A DNA stretch of 63,451 nucleotides, filler included, from Sphacelaria rigidula (Eukaryota), in the NCBI GenBank assembly GCA_964200075.2. It is 4 parts of 4 records of this genome, joined end to end, with 100 filler letters (N's around TTAATTAATTAA, not from the genome) between each part and the next. Parts side by side here need not be neighbours in the genome. Positions count along the whole stretch, not along the records: positions 1 to 15,790 come from CAXNAA020001589.1; 3 more parts are not named here. One strand, 5' to 3'. The notes under the pieces were generated by a model. It saw nothing but the letters and a program-made list of their open reading frames with translations. It was not told the DNA's origin and did not search any database. The translations under genes and the position numbers were made by a program. This document shows, piece after piece, positions 1 to 13,209 of this stretch. The first letter of the stretch is position 1, and the number at the start of each line of letters is the position of its first letter.

Positions 1-109
1 TAATCGCCGAGCGAGGACACGCAAAGGAAACGGGCGAGGAGCTCTCTCCCTGTCGTTGCTTCTCTCTCTGATGATATCGTCATCGACACGCCGCGTGTAC
101 GCCGCATTG

Positions 110-1320
110 GTTCCTAAAATTAGGAACTACATACACAAGAATATGGGTCAGGATATCCCTGTTTGCAAGTTCATTCGGGATATCCCGAGCAAATTGGAAG
201 AAAACCCTGACGTACTCTCACCTATGTCGAAAGTCGTGTTTTGGATGAGATAAAGGGTTCCTAACAATTCTACTCTGAGGCCGTAAAAGTGCTGACCCTA
301 TCGCAGTATCACTCCACACTAAAATCTTTATAAAACCCCGAACGATCGATCAAGCGGATGATGATTTTTGGTGTGGACCTTCCCTGGAGCACGGGGAGAC
401 GACAGATACCCTCACATTCACCTAATTCATCATCTATCTATAGAAATGATGCACATAAGCTTCCACACTAAAATCAGTATATTACGAGCAGAGGCACCAG
501 ATGGCCTAAATCTGGATATCGCGTCTCAGTTTTTGGGAGTTCAGTTGTGCTATGAAATTTGGCATGGAGAACGGCTTGTTGTGCATGATGAAATATCAAA
601 CGAAGTTTTTTTCGGATTTTTTTCGTTTTTTTCTCATATTTTCGTGTTAGGGGGGTTTTGAGGACAAATGAACATTGCCCTTGGGCCTTATCTCAATTTT
701 TCAGCTCCAATTTTACATATGTGGTTTGAAACTTGGCTTGGAGAACGACAGAGGTGTGCTGAGTAAAAAAATGGGCCTTCATTTTTTTTTTCATGAGAGG
801 TTTGGGCGTTCTCGTGAAAAAATGATCGTGACCATATTAAAACGCCCTCAATCAGTGAAAAAAATAATTGAACCCAACCTTCCCCATTTTTCTTGGTCCA
901 TCACGACCTAGCAAGGTCCCGCACAAAGTTTCAACCCACGAACACCAAACGAGGGCCGATAAACGGCCTGCAAAATACTGTTCCGAATTTCTGCCGCCTC
1001 GGTTTTTCAAACGTGAATTCGCTATTTTTTCCTTGGAGTTGGAAAATGAATTTTGGTACGGACAATGAACAGGGCATGAAGAAAAGCTGTCTTTGGGGTC
1101 CCAACGATTTTTTTTCTCGTGACTTGAGGGCAAAAATCAGTTTTGAGGTTTTTGTAAAATGCTCTTAACTCACGAAAAAAAAAATCGTTGGGACCCCACA
1201 GACAGCTTTTCTTCATGCCCTGTTCATTGTCCGTACCAAATTTCACTTTCCCACTCCAAGAAAAAGATTGCGAATTCGCCTGCAAAGTACAAATCCGCTT
1301 GTAGGCTGGCCCAGCCTGTA
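110..1320 (-). mobile_element. Composite non-autonomous Tc1/mariner-type element with CAGGCTGG terminus and internal inverted repeat
   Basis: Ends GGCTGGCCCAGCCTG|TA at 1318-1320. About 300-1000 matches the reverse complement of about 19990-20660 (shared pseudo-ORF MVWTFPGARGDD.YPH). 110-320 matches 29440-29645. Long inverted repeat at about 1012-1280. Confidence 0.7.
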
Positions 1321-3959
1321 TTATGATTACATTCATGAGATCATGTTCCGTGTCGTGTGCCTCGACTACAGTACGTACCACTAGTAGTCTGGGCAAAGTT
1401 TGCGAGGCGTGAGATACTGTTGCTATTTTGGCTACAGGCTGTCACTACCATGCGCTCGTGTTTTGTGCATGTGTGTGAGTGTTGCCGGCATCCCATGTCA
1501 TCGGGACAGGGCGGGCAAGGAGCAGAGATGCAAATATACGAACCTGGCAAAGCCCGCCAGGATTTTCAGATTGGTCAATAGTCATGACAATTAAAAATAA
1601 AAATGTCCTTCGGGGGGGGGTCTCCGTGTCAGGACTTTCTCTCACGACAGACCCTTGTCTAGACTTCCAAATAAAAAAGGAATCAACATCCACACGCATA
1701 TAGGCCTCAATAATATATACTACAGTGGTATACATTCACGAATGGAAAGTGTTGGCATTTCAGCGAGTTTGCGACATAGCCACACCTCGTTCAATCGGCA
1801 TGGATGGACCATGTCGTGGGCATACCGTGTGGGTAGCGACGTCGTTGCCTTCGTTGTCGTTTGTTTTCAGCTCCTTGAGATGTTTGATGCTTCAAGTGCG
1901 GCCTGTGCAGCCACGACCACTGCAATAATACAATGATCGTCAATGATCCGGACACTGACGGAGAAAGAACAGTGACAACAAACTCGATCGACGTCGTGTG
2001 ATGACACACATATATCTGTTCGTTTGGTCGACTCTCTCCGCCCGCCGACATCTCCACGCCCTGGAAACACATCGTTGTAACATCGACACTGCCCTTGACG
2101 CAATCACTCGATCATCATCGTCACCTCAACATAAGAGCACTGTTTACAACATTGATCGATCTGGCCATTATCCAATTACATATAGACAAAGACACGACGT
2201 AGCAAATCATGTGAAGCCCGTCCCCCTCCTCGGGGCTTTGAACGAACTCGATTTTGATTTTCCCGTCGTGCACCCGCTTTCCCTGTACTCCACCTTCCGA
2301 TTGTCGTGAAATGACTCATATTCATGTTCCAACGCGAACCGACAGTGAAATCAACGCGTGATGAAACAGAACTTCGTGCCATTGAGCCAACGCAAGAGGA
2401 CCCTGTGCTTCAAATGAGTTTTCTTCGCCCGAAATGCTTGGTCTCAGAACGGGATTTTCCCATCGGAGTCCGATATGGTTCACGCAAACGAATATGGAAA
2501 GGAAAATGCGCTGACTGATACCTCAGATCCTAAATTTTTGGCCAGAAAAATGAAATAGACAGTGGATGCATTACACGACATGGACTCCCCCGCCCCCCGC
2601 AATGGTCTAAAGACTATGACATGCATAATCATGGGTACACCCCCCTCCCCGCCCGACGAAATCAAATCTCTTGTACAAAATTTGGCCTTCCTCACTCGTA
2701 TTGTACTCTCCAAAATCACGCAACACCCCAACAAACTGACACAAAGACGACAATTACAACTCGGGTGTGAGCCACAATGGCAGCCCGAGCTCGACCAAAA
2801 AATACACAAAAACAGCAGCAGAACTCAACACCCCGCTGGCACGCTCCTGCTTCACTCACTTCTCCCCCTTCGATATTTACTAAATTTCCTCAACCGGACG
2901 CTCTCCGCAAAATCTGTCAAAAATCCTCCCTCCTGACATTTGATAAATTATCCACCGAGCGTAACAGGACTACCCCACACCTCGCTACAGGATCATGGGT
3001 GGGTATATCCGCCGCTCCCGTTCCCCCCCGCTTCCCTGCCCCCTGGAAACCTTAGTCTTCATTTAGACTTTTGTCCCGAATTAGAAATGTCCACGTTTGG
3101 TATGGCCATTTCTCTACAAGAAGGAATTTCATTTTTACCAGCGACCTCCCATCACCTTTCGAAAGCAGCCCAACTATCCAGTAGCCAACCAAGAAACGGG
3201 CTTCATGTCCACCCATTTCTTTGTAAATCCATCTCCAGCAGACTCCGTTCTTTTTCCTACGCCCTTCTTGGTTCCCCCCCCTCCACCCAGATTTGTGTCA
3301 GATTCCAACAGAAACCGGCCTTAAGGCTGGCTTCCTGCCTTCTCCACTTCCTCTTCCCTCGTCTGCCTTGCACTCGTCACCAACATCGAACTCCGCCCCT
3401 CACTCTCTCGTCTGCCTTGCCCTCGTCACCAACGTTGACCTCCGCCCCTTCGCTTTTCCCCCCAAGATGCGATGTTGAATCTCCTCCCGCGCGTCGTTCA
3501 ACACATCGCATGACCATCAAATGTATGTATATCTTTATGTTTATGCATTCCCGATTCCCCCCCCCCCCCAATTTCCATCACAGGGCCAAACACGCCTGTA
3601 TCTCTCCTTCCACTTCAACGACTCTGGCACCACCGCAAAACGAATACAATTAAATTTCCGTTCGGCGTATCCTCTCTCCTTCCAACCCTGGCTCATGTGT
3701 GTGTGTCGGTGTGTTACATGTGATCCATTCGCACCTCCAGGTGTCCCAACAACAACAAAAAAATCTGAAAAAAATGACCCTCGCTCCGTTCTCTCACTCC
3801 AAACACGGGGAGGTGTCCGGCACCCGACAGTTCTCGCCACCGCCTGCATCTGCTTGCGTGTTGCTCCCACCCCTTACTCCACGCCTCATAAAATCTTGTC
3901 CGTTGTCCCCTCGCTCTCCAGCCTCCCCTCTAAAAAAGATGCGGGTGTCCTCCTCATCC

Positions 3960-6900
3960 TTAGCGCCGCCAGCCGAAGAACATGCGCTTGCGTAAGGGCT
4001 GCTTGGCCGCAGCACCAGCACTCTTCGATAACGCTTGCTTGCTAGCGCTCTTGCGGGTAACCGCACCGCCGCGAGCGCCTCCGGAGCTGATCAGACCCGC
4101 AGTGGCGGTATCGTCTTCGAGGGTCTTCTGGGCGGCACGCGTCGCAGCTGCCTCACGCCTCTTAGCGGCGGCTTTCCTGTCTTCGAGTCGTTTGTACACT
4201 TTCAGTACCCCGGAGTCCGTGTGCGAGATACGGTAGTGTTCAGATACGTACGAGATGTGCTCTATCGCGCTAGGCTTGTCTGCGCACTTTGCCGCTTTGC
4301 CGTCGTTGTCGACGCTCGCGTAAATGAGCTTCCAGCTAAACGGGGGGAAAAGTGTGTGGGGAGGCGGGGGGGAGGGGGGACTCATGGCATTGATGATACG
4401 CACATGATCATCAGGGCAGACAAGACAAATCAGTTATGAGTGACAAAGAGATGATATCCGCCATGAATTTACGTTGGTCGGGATTTGACAATTTCTCGTC
4501 ATCCCTGGCATAAGAATTTTGCCATGTATCAGGTGCCTCCACTAGGCTCGAGACGGGCTGAGTAGACTAATGTCATTTGAATCACGGGGAGGACTTGGGA
4601 AGCCCTCGACACCCAGTAGATTAGATCTCCACGCAACATATTGACGATATCAGGAATTTGTGTTGACACATAGTATCACCAATACAGCGAGCGATGCCCG
4701 ATGAGATGTACTCTGCTCGCGTCAAAAGAGAACTAAGGAGTTGTTGCCACGTACCTCCCCGCAAGAGATACCCGGTCAAGTCCAAAGGCGTTCGCGTTGG
4801 ACTGTAGCGCCTCCAGCTCTCCTGCTAGTCGCCTTACGCACTTCTCGGACTGATACATGTCAACATGAACATCAACATCGACAAAACAAAACAAGTGAGA
4901 CAACAGCAGAACCGGCCCTAAAAGTCGGGGGACATGAAGTATTTTCAGCCAACGGGCGCAACATGTTCTACGCCGATATCGGGTGCACCTTAAGAGCATT
5001 TGAAAAAACAAGTCATGAATTGAGGCACCGAAACAAAAGTCCGGAGCCCGAGCAGAAAAGTTTCCAAGTATTTCACGTAGAGTTAGACGTTGGATCATCT
5101 ACGCCTCGCCCTGGAGAGCCATAATGAGATAAGCAGTTGCTGGGAAGGGGAAGAGGGTGACGAAAACTTCAAGGTATTGTTGAGTGCACGATCTCGTGGG
5201 CCGTTGCTACCGTCTCCTGAACTATTACCGATGCCGGTGCTGGACACAGTTGTAGAACTGAAAAAAAACAAGTTTCCATTTTTACCCTCTACGGCGAAAG
5301 CATCAGGTTGCATCACCTTTCCGTGTGCGGATGGTGACTACATGAGACGCACGTAGAATTACTGCGGATGCGATAACTATAACTACTATTTGTTGTGCCT
5401 CGGGCTATCACACAGGCGTTGAGCATTACTGTCCGTCTCGTCGTCGCCGTTGTTGTGTGTTGCTATTCCTGTACGGCTGGCGGGGTGTCTTCGCACAATT
5501 TTTCGATGAAACAAGTGCGGCGGAACAGAAAAAAGTCGATTCGATAGGTCAGGAGATGTTGTCGATCAGGCCGTGTCTCATCAAGTTGTTTTCGTGACGA
5601 AAACGTGCGGTCAAATTGAATTCTCTCGTTCCTGATTCGCCCACGCTCTTGATTTTCTCATATGGTTGACAACATGGATGCCGTGGACGTATCAAGTGAG
5701 AGCAAATTCGATTCCATCGTACGTTTTCGAGTCGAAAACAATTTGACAAGACATGGGCTCATCCCCACATCATTCGTGTAGGACGAGTGATTGACCAAGA
5801 CACGCTCTGGACTCCGGTTGTGTGACGGGGGGAAACAAAATACATGGGACCTGCGCAAATGATTTTTGGTCGTTTCGAAAACATGGGACCTGCGCATATC
5901 GTTCTCGATTGTTCCGACTAATGGGGTGACTCATTGCACTCATGCAGCACGTCATCCTTCCAGCTTTCTCACAAGTTTCCAACTTCTTCAACAACCTACC
6001 ATCGAAAAATCCAACACCCCGCTCTAATGGCATATTTAGCGAGTTTATGAAAACGCTCTCCGATCATTTCAGAGTGTAAATATCCCGGGATCGGGGAGTA
6101 ACGGAAAACGATTCGCCCCCTCCATCAAATGTGGTGGGAGTATCCCCTTTACGTTCTTTTCGATGAGGTGTTTTTTTTTATTCCGCACTCTGATCCTGAG
6201 ATATTCGCATTGTTGTATGACAAAAGCGCGTTTCCCGAAACTCTATTGTGACCGAGCAAACCCGTACTGTACTGGCCGTGTGCAGCAATGTGCATGGTCC
6301 TGATCTACCGTATAGGGATAACAGACTTCCGAGGTGACAAGGAATCCTCGGATCATGAAGACTGGCTGCTCCGGCTTATACACCACGACTGCAAGAGTAC
6401 GTGGTAGAGTGATGTATCTACATTTGCCTGCATTGCAATACCATTATTTCATTAAATGTATAGGAAACAGTAAAGCGCACCATAATGACTAATTTCAAGG
6501 CAGTGAGTGGTCTTCAAACGTCAGCAGGAAGCAATCAGCTAATTTGGGGACGTGGAAAAAAGCCACGAACCCGACGTCTGCCGGCGCTCATCTCACATCT
6601 GCATTGCCAGATTCAACTAGGTATGGCCACCAGACAACACAGGAAAAGGTGGCTCACGTAGCCTACCAGCAATTCTTTGCACTTACCCACACCCGCAAAA
6701 GGCGTGAATTTTGCACAAACTGGGGCAAGTTGTGAATTCCCAGACCTGAGAAATCAGATTCTGAGTGTGGTCGACTTCAAAGTGCTCCCTATCTGTCTGT
6801 GGTCTAAGCGTCAATCACCTTGGTTGACATCGTGTCCTGCCCCGCGATACGAAGCAGAGAGCAGAGCTGCCCTTCCAGCCCCTGCCTCTCCTGCTTGACC

Positions 6901-8624
6901 AACACTTTCTTCTTCAGCTCCGCGTATACCTCGGAGGCCTTGATATGCCAAAAATACGGACGAGAGACGAGAAAAATGAGGCAAAGGGATGGACAGCAGC
7001 ATCCAGATCATACTCACAAATACGATGACTCAAGATTGTCAAACAAAGACAAAGAAGTGGAGGGACATCACATCGGAGGATCGAAAAAAAAAAACAAGAT
7101 CACGCAAATCAGTCAGTGCCCGACCTGCTTGCTGCTGCACGACGAGGTTGCTGCCTTTTGTGCGTGGGGCGGGGGGCTGTGCGAAACCACGCTAATTGTT
7201 GTTAAACCTTGGACCGCGAGGATAGTCAATCTGGAATGTACAGTTTTCGTACCGATTCAACATATCAACTACTCTCGCCATCCATCATAGGAGCCAACAA
7301 CACAAAACATGATATTTTGACTTCAACAATGTAACCGTTTCATGTGAGCATGCCATTGTAGTACAAACGTGTACATGTAAGGTATCGGGATTTTCCCTGC
7401 TTGCTGTTTCCGGGTGTGTCGCGCGAGGCCCAGGCGTTGCCCCCCTCCAAACGCAATCAAAGGAGGGGGTGACCAGCAACAACGCATATAATTGACTCAT
7501 TCTGGGGGGAACGTTTGAAGGTTCTAGACCAGATTATCTGGTTCAGCCTACTTGTACAATGGTCGAGAGAAAAAGTACGTGCGTGTGCGTATTTCCAGGT
7601 GGTGAAATGCAAAAACGCAGCACAGTTGCTTGTAGTTGTCTGTAGGAACAGGGCGAGGTAAATGGATGGACCGATCAAAGTGTAAAATGTACGTGACAGA
7701 GACGATCGAACAAACACAACGCACATTAGGACAGGGGAGAGAAGGCAAGTGGCCAAGATGTACGCGGAATGAATGATACAAGCGAGCGTGAGCTAACTAG
7801 ACTTTGTGTACGCCTCCTACTCGATACACAAGTCACGGGCCTGGCCATGGGAAACCAGCAGACACACCACACATTCCCTCGTGAAACGCAGCACTTGGAC
7901 AAAAGTAGCACAGGACTCCGTAAAAGTAAACTGACCTCATTTACGGCGATACGCTTTTCTATCCCAAGAATTGGACCCCCTTTTATTACTATATAATCGA
8001 AATATCTCCGCGAAAGAAATCGCGTAGAAAAACAGAACTACTTGGCTTTTTGACTTCCACCATTTCCACAAGAGATTATGCTAACAACGAGCAATACCAA
8101 ACAGGAGTCCATGAAGGAATATATGCTACAAGAGAATAGTGCGCCATAGACGGAGGCTTCGGGGAGATGTGACCACGTACTGGAGGCCGCCAGCGTATTT
8201 CATGTAAGTGACCTCAGATTGCGCACTGATCACCACAATTCTTCCGTCTTGTCAAAAGGAAGTACAGACAAAACTGTCTGCGTGGACTGAACCGTGCAAC
8301 GACACAAATAAAACAAACGCCACACTAATCTAGGACAATGCCATGACTACACAGATCCTGACAACCCACCGTGGTGTCCGCCTTTTCTTTCGCCGTAGAA
8401 GCTGACCCCATCATCTGGCTAAAGAATGTCGAGATATCCCATGCAGGTGCCTTCTTATCCTGGTTCGTAGCCGTCATGTTGACGACTGAAGTTGACCTTG
8501 CGCGGACACCTCTGATGCTGCTGCGGCCCCCGTTCAGAGAACGCACCGTCGAAGGCGTGACACTGCCGGGTACAAATGCCGAGATTCCGGGCAACAGCAC
8601 TGCTACGAACACGGAGAGCTTCAT
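3960..8624 (-). CDS. Plastid-targeted PAP/fibrillin-like (plastid lipid-associated) protein, about 281 aa, 4 exons: 8624-8370, 6938-6819, 4849-4755, 4335-3960
   Basis: All introns are GT-AG with compatible phases (0,0,2), and the frame is open from ATG 8624 to TAA 3960. N-terminus MKLSVFVAVLLPGISA-FVP is a signal peptide plus ASAFAP-type motif, followed by a Ser/Arg-rich transit peptide. Spliced motifs ELEALQ...LAGSWKLIYAS and HISYVSEHYRISHTDSGVLKVYKR resemble fibrillin LEA.NP..L.G.W.L.Y and ITYLD..LRISRG..G.LFVL.R. Confidence 0.72.
5569..5758. mobile_element. PIF/Harbinger-like MITE
   Basis: About 70-bp imperfect TIRs starting GGCCGTGTC, 3-bp TSD TCA on both sides; second copy at 9074-9353. 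Confidence 0.75.
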
Positions 8625-9073
8625 GGTGTTTAAGAAGGCTGTTGGAGTGTCGTGGGTTTGAAAACTGAGAAAGAAGCCGTGCGGTGTGGTGGGGGTGTCA
8701 GAGTTGATTCGATATGATGTTTTGTAGAGTCGATGTGAGAAAGAGAGGCTTTCTGGGGAAAATCAAACAAGGTGCGTCTTCAAAAATACGAAAGGGAACA
8801 TACATTTTTCACTTGCTTTTTGTGTAGGTAGGGACGTCAGATGTCTGTGAAAAATGTTGACTGTGATTGGCCAGATTATTATGCCGCTTCAAGCCGACGT
8901 GTCCACCAAGTTCATGAACAGTTCCGATTCGTTTCTCATGGCTTGTAAGACGGAAGACGCATAATGCATGCGTTTGCTCCATGAACTTTTGTATTGTGTC
9001 TGCTCGTATATCCCGCATGTATATTCAACTATCTCGCGCTTGGAATGTTGCAGCATACAACACCCAACACTAA

Positions 9074-9353
9074 GGCCGCGTCTTATCAAACTGTTTTCGT
9101 GTCGAAATCGTGCGGTCGAATCGAATTTGCTCGTTCCTGATTCGTGCACACTATTATTCTGTTCTATTTTTGCTGCTCCTGACCGCGGGCCGGATTGTTG
9201 CGATCAGCTAATGTGAGATAATCAATCAATCAATCAATCAATCAATCAACTACGTATTTTCTCACATAGATGAGAACATGCACGTATCAGGTACGAGCAA
9301 ATTCGATTCCGCCGTATGTTTTCGAGTCGAAAATAATTTGACAAGACACAGCC
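9074..9353. mobile_element. PIF/Harbinger-like MITE, same family as 5569-5758, with internal (ATCA)n microsatellite at about 9219-9248
   Basis: Same TIR sequences; left flank TAA, right TSD not conserved. Confidence 0.7.
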
Positions 9354-10096
9354 CCAGTCCAAAACATTTATCTGTAATAGTCTGAAAGTTATTTTCCATC
9401 TTACTATCATCCTCAAACGTACGTGGTCGCACTTGCCGCAAGATAATGCGAGTTTTAGCGGAGGCAGTTTCATGGCTCTTGTCTCGGCTCATCAATTATT
9501 CACGGCAAGCGTGTCATTCAACATCAGGGCCGGGATCAGTCGCAGCTATGAGCTTGAGACTTGTACGGCAAGTAGAGTTGCCTCAGTTGCTATTGTTCGG
9601 CAAAATATATCGCCAGCTGTGTAGAGGATCTGATGGCATGTGGCCGAAATGCTCAATAAAAGAAAAAAATAATCGCGGCGGTAACTTTAAACCGCAGTAA
9701 ATTATATTATACTCCAATATCCAAAACCTCGCAGTAACCCGCCGCGTTTGCTCCTCAACGATCTATCTGGCCAGGCATTTATACCGCACTATTAATACAG
9801 TAGAACGCTATGGGTAGATCATGTACACAGTGGGGCACATGTGCAGCGACGGAGCGTCATTTTCAGACCGGGATGATTGCTCTGTGGAGGCGCTGTGGAA
9901 AGGGTGAATATAGTTCAGGATAAACAGAACTTGATGCCGGGTGTGTCGGCCTGCTCCGTCTCTCGGCGACAAGGAAGGATAGAAATAGTATCTGGGTGGA
10001 TAGAGCGTGATTAATGGAGGTGAGCAGGTAAGTTCTGCCTTGGCGATAGGAGCTTGCTTTGCTACGGCGCGCAGTGAACTTGAGGGGAACAGGAGA

Positions 10097-13000
10097 ATGC
10101 TAGACGCCGAGCTATGCGTCGTTCTTGCGGCTGGTGGAGCGGTCATCGCTCTGCTGGTTGTCATCGGATTCTGCAAGCACACCAGCATGATGGAGTCGAA
10201 CAAGAAGGTACTTGGGGGGCAGAGCAGAGACCTACAAAATTGGTGGTGTGAACTACAGTACGCGTAGCACATCGTACGGTACAGTACGTTACTATCTGCA
10301 CACAGCCATGCTTGTGATGGTTCTGGCTCCCATCTAGATGAGAACACAATCATCTGTGTTCTCACGGAAGCCTGGCTACTGCGGGCGCTGTGCGGGTGCT
10401 CTAGTTACAGATTCTGGATTCGTGGATGTAGGCCGGAGCACACACCAACAGGCTGATAGTTCCGTGGAGAGAGATTTTCCCGTTGGGGATCAGACAGCGG
10501 AGATGGCTGACAATAGCTGTTGTTTGTAGGAAATGATCATTGTGCGTATTATCTAGGGGATGAGAATTACGAAACCCTTGGAACATAATAAAAAGCTCTC
10601 CCAGATTACTCTCTTTGGTAGAGCTCGGAAATGGTACCAGTTATAACTGGCAATTATTATTATAATGGTAATAATGGTAATGGTTACATGAAAAAATGGG
10701 ATAATGGTTTAAAAATATTTTTTACCGTTACCGGCTACGTATGTCACATGCAGCCCTTGAAAATTGGCCCAAAGTTAACGTTTTTTTGCTCTAGTGAAGC
10801 CAAATCACGTAAAAACGTGCCTCCCGCATGGCGCCTCCGGCGGGGGCCTCTCTGCCGAGGGGGGCTTTTTCCCTCGTGACTGCGCCGCTCGATGACCAAA
10901 CCATTATGTACCATTTAACTGGTTAATGAGTGCGCTGCGCGTAACCATTCAACAGGTTAATGGTTAGACAAACCATTTCCGAGCTCTACCCTTCGGGCAA
11001 TTATTCGATGTACCGTGACAGCTTTTTACCTAATTAAATTAGGGGGCGAAGCGCGCAACACAAGGCGTACCTCCCACACAGAGATACGTAGGGGTAACGA
11101 GTGGTCCTACGGTAGGGAGGTGCACCATTTTTTCCCGGGATTCTGCAATGTCGGAGCTACTGGATAACAAACATCTGGGCCTTAGTGTGTAGCCCCAGAA
11201 AAATTTTGGACGAAAAAGTGCACCGCTACCGTAGAATCCCTCTAACTCAATAGGTGATTTAAAAGAAGCGGTTTATAATACTACACTCGAAATATTTTTC
11301 AAGTAGAATGGAGCGATCTCATGGGTAGTTGTTGAGGAAGCCAATCACCACTGAGCTACTCAGCCAGCACTGCCTTGCGAGCTGGGCCAGCTTAAAAGCG
11401 GCTCAAAGTTGCTCACACCATTGCTTTCCCAGTTTCCTGAATAAACCCGATGTAAGCATATCACTGTGAAGTGCAGACCAACCTGGTAACACACGGCACC
11501 GTCGCTGAATGAAGAAAAAAATGGGGAAAAAATGTACTGTATAATACATAACCATAACGACGGACGAAAAGAAAGAGAAACTGTCGGGATTCGAAGTCAT
11601 GACCTCCATCATTTGAGTCTCCCATCACTTGAATTATAGGGGTGCAGTAGCGTCACGCAAAATGTTGCACGCACTGCCCAATTCGACGACTCCTGAGCTC
11701 AAATTTCAGGGAGACCGTCTGCACCCAAGGAAATGATACATCACGTGAGCAGCTGCAGATTCTCATTTTTTCCCTGGACTTATGACATTATTTTATTTTT
11801 GCTGAAATTTCAAATTTCCATAGCTTGTTTTGTTTTGTTTGATGCTCACGCGATCTTCTACATTTCGATAAAAAAAAGCTGCTGTCAAAATTTCAACGTC
11901 CAACTCCTAGTATCGCGTCGTGCGTCGCCTGAGCGAGAAAATCACCCATCATTGTTGGCCGGCCCAGCTCGTAGTAGCTCAGTGGTTATCGGCTTGATCA
12001 ACGAAAGCTAAAGTCCGTATTGGCTTTCTCAACAGTAGTTGCCAAGACGTCAAACTGTTCCGCTGATTTTTCAGTCTGCCCCCCCTTTACATGAGAATTC
12101 TTAGGTACCAGAGCAGTAGTACGAACCCGTGATGACAAAAAAAGTCGTTGGGGAGAGGTTTATGCCTTTCGACCTTGTCGACAGACCGAGACTGTCCGAC
12201 AGGTGAAGCTCTAGCGGAACCCGTCAGCAACTAGCACGTTTTGTCACAGATCCGTACCCCAATTTTGAACAGTCAACACACGCCCATCAATGCACGACGA
12301 GGGCACGAGACGTCCACAGTGAACCTCGACTCTCGAGACTAGTCGAAGCGTCAGACGTAGTAGACATCATGGAACCGTTTTTGCAATCCCGTCAGGCTAA
12401 AATCTAGACCAATACAACGCCGAACGAAATCGACAATCTCACCATTCGATATATGCCGCTGTTCCCTGCGAAAAACGCCAAAAAAGCGTCTGAAGCCCGC
12501 TCAACCCGCGGCACCCTAGAATGGAGATCAGAACGTAGGCTAGCATGGATCAGGTGAATCAACCCAGACTCGTCCGTTACTTCACAGACTCATTCCAATT
12601 TGACTCAAGCGTTTTGCAAAAACATCTTCTTTTGGTGTTGTGCGACCTCTCCCATATATTTTTGTGTACCTTTTTATATCGGGTGCACCCTCGCGCCATG
12701 CCCAATGACAACACTGCTCCAAAGAAGGACTGACTGCCGCGAGCATCGTGTTGATGCTCTAACTCTAGAGTCCGGCTTCGTGGACGGAAAGTGAAGCACA
12801 CACAGGCTGGGAGGGGTAGAGAGTGATCTCTCTACTTCTCAGGGTGATCTCTCCTGGGAAGTGGGTCATCTACAGCTAGGTGCCCGAAAAATGAGGGAAA
12901 ACTCTTCAATGGAAGTTGCTGAGGGGATCGGAGTTGTAAAGCCTTTGGAGCATTCGGAACGTGTTCACCCCATTAATCGATATTATATTTGCCTTCTGAC

Positions 13001-13209
13001 AATAATCACAGGCTCAGAGTCGACTTTTGGGGATTGAGAAGGCGTGGGGTTTGAAAAATGATCCCTTCAAGAAGAATTATAGGACCCAGATAGCGAGATA
13101 TCTCTCTGCTTCATCGCACTGTGGCTTTATACTTGTTGCGCATCGTCTGCCACGCTATACTTTGCCGTATAGTCATGGCGCGCTTGATTGCGGGCAGTCG
13201 GCACTGTAG
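10097..13209 (+). CDS. Putative small single-TM hypothetical protein; exon 10097-10207, tentatively spliced to 13012-13209
   Basis: ATG followed by hydrophobic LCVVLAAGGAVIALLVVIGF and a donor AAG|GTACTT; possible 5'UTR intron 10028-10074 (CAG|GTAAGT...GCAG); phase-0 acceptor at 13011. The downstream exon choice is uncertain. Confidence 0.35.
10360..10590 (+). repeat. Dispersed repeat, diverged copy at about 12735-12960
   Basis: Shared blocks GTGCTCTA...GATTCTGGATTCGTGGA...AGCACACAC(CA)ACAGGCTG...CC(C/T)TTGGA(A/G)CAT. Confidence 0.5.
10619..10988. mobile_element. hAT-family MITE (370 bp)
   Basis: Perfect 17-bp TIR TAGAGCTCGGAAATGGT; 8-bp flanks CTCTTTGG / CCCTTCGG match 6 of 8; repeated subterminal AATGGT/ACCATT motifs. 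Confidence 0.8.
11108..11233. mobile_element. Small TA-flanked Tc1/mariner/pogo-like MITE
   Basis: TA-CGGTAG..GGTGCAC.ATTTTT versus AAAAAGTGCACCGCTACCG-TA imperfect TIRs. Confidence 0.55.

Noticed and set aside
2940-3653. 237-aa plus-strand ORF
   Set aside because: Pro/Ser/Leu-rich translation of pyrimidine-rich sequence with no recognisable motif; it lies antisense just downstream of the fibrillin-like gene.
7560-7650. Strong minus-strand acceptor (CCTACAG) as an extra fibrillin exon
   Set aside because: No convincing in-phase donor, and exons 1 and 2 already join in frame; cannot be excluded without RNA data.
11965-12040. tRNA gene (GTAGCTCAGTGGTTA A-box)
   Set aside because: No B-box or T-arm at the proper distance and no cloverleaf; at most a SINE relic.
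12408-12553. Plus-strand exon candidate ...GTLEWRSERRLAWI resembling a CRAL-TRIO N-terminus
   Set aside because: Similarity is limited to TLEWR, the acceptor is weak, and no supporting downstream exon was found.
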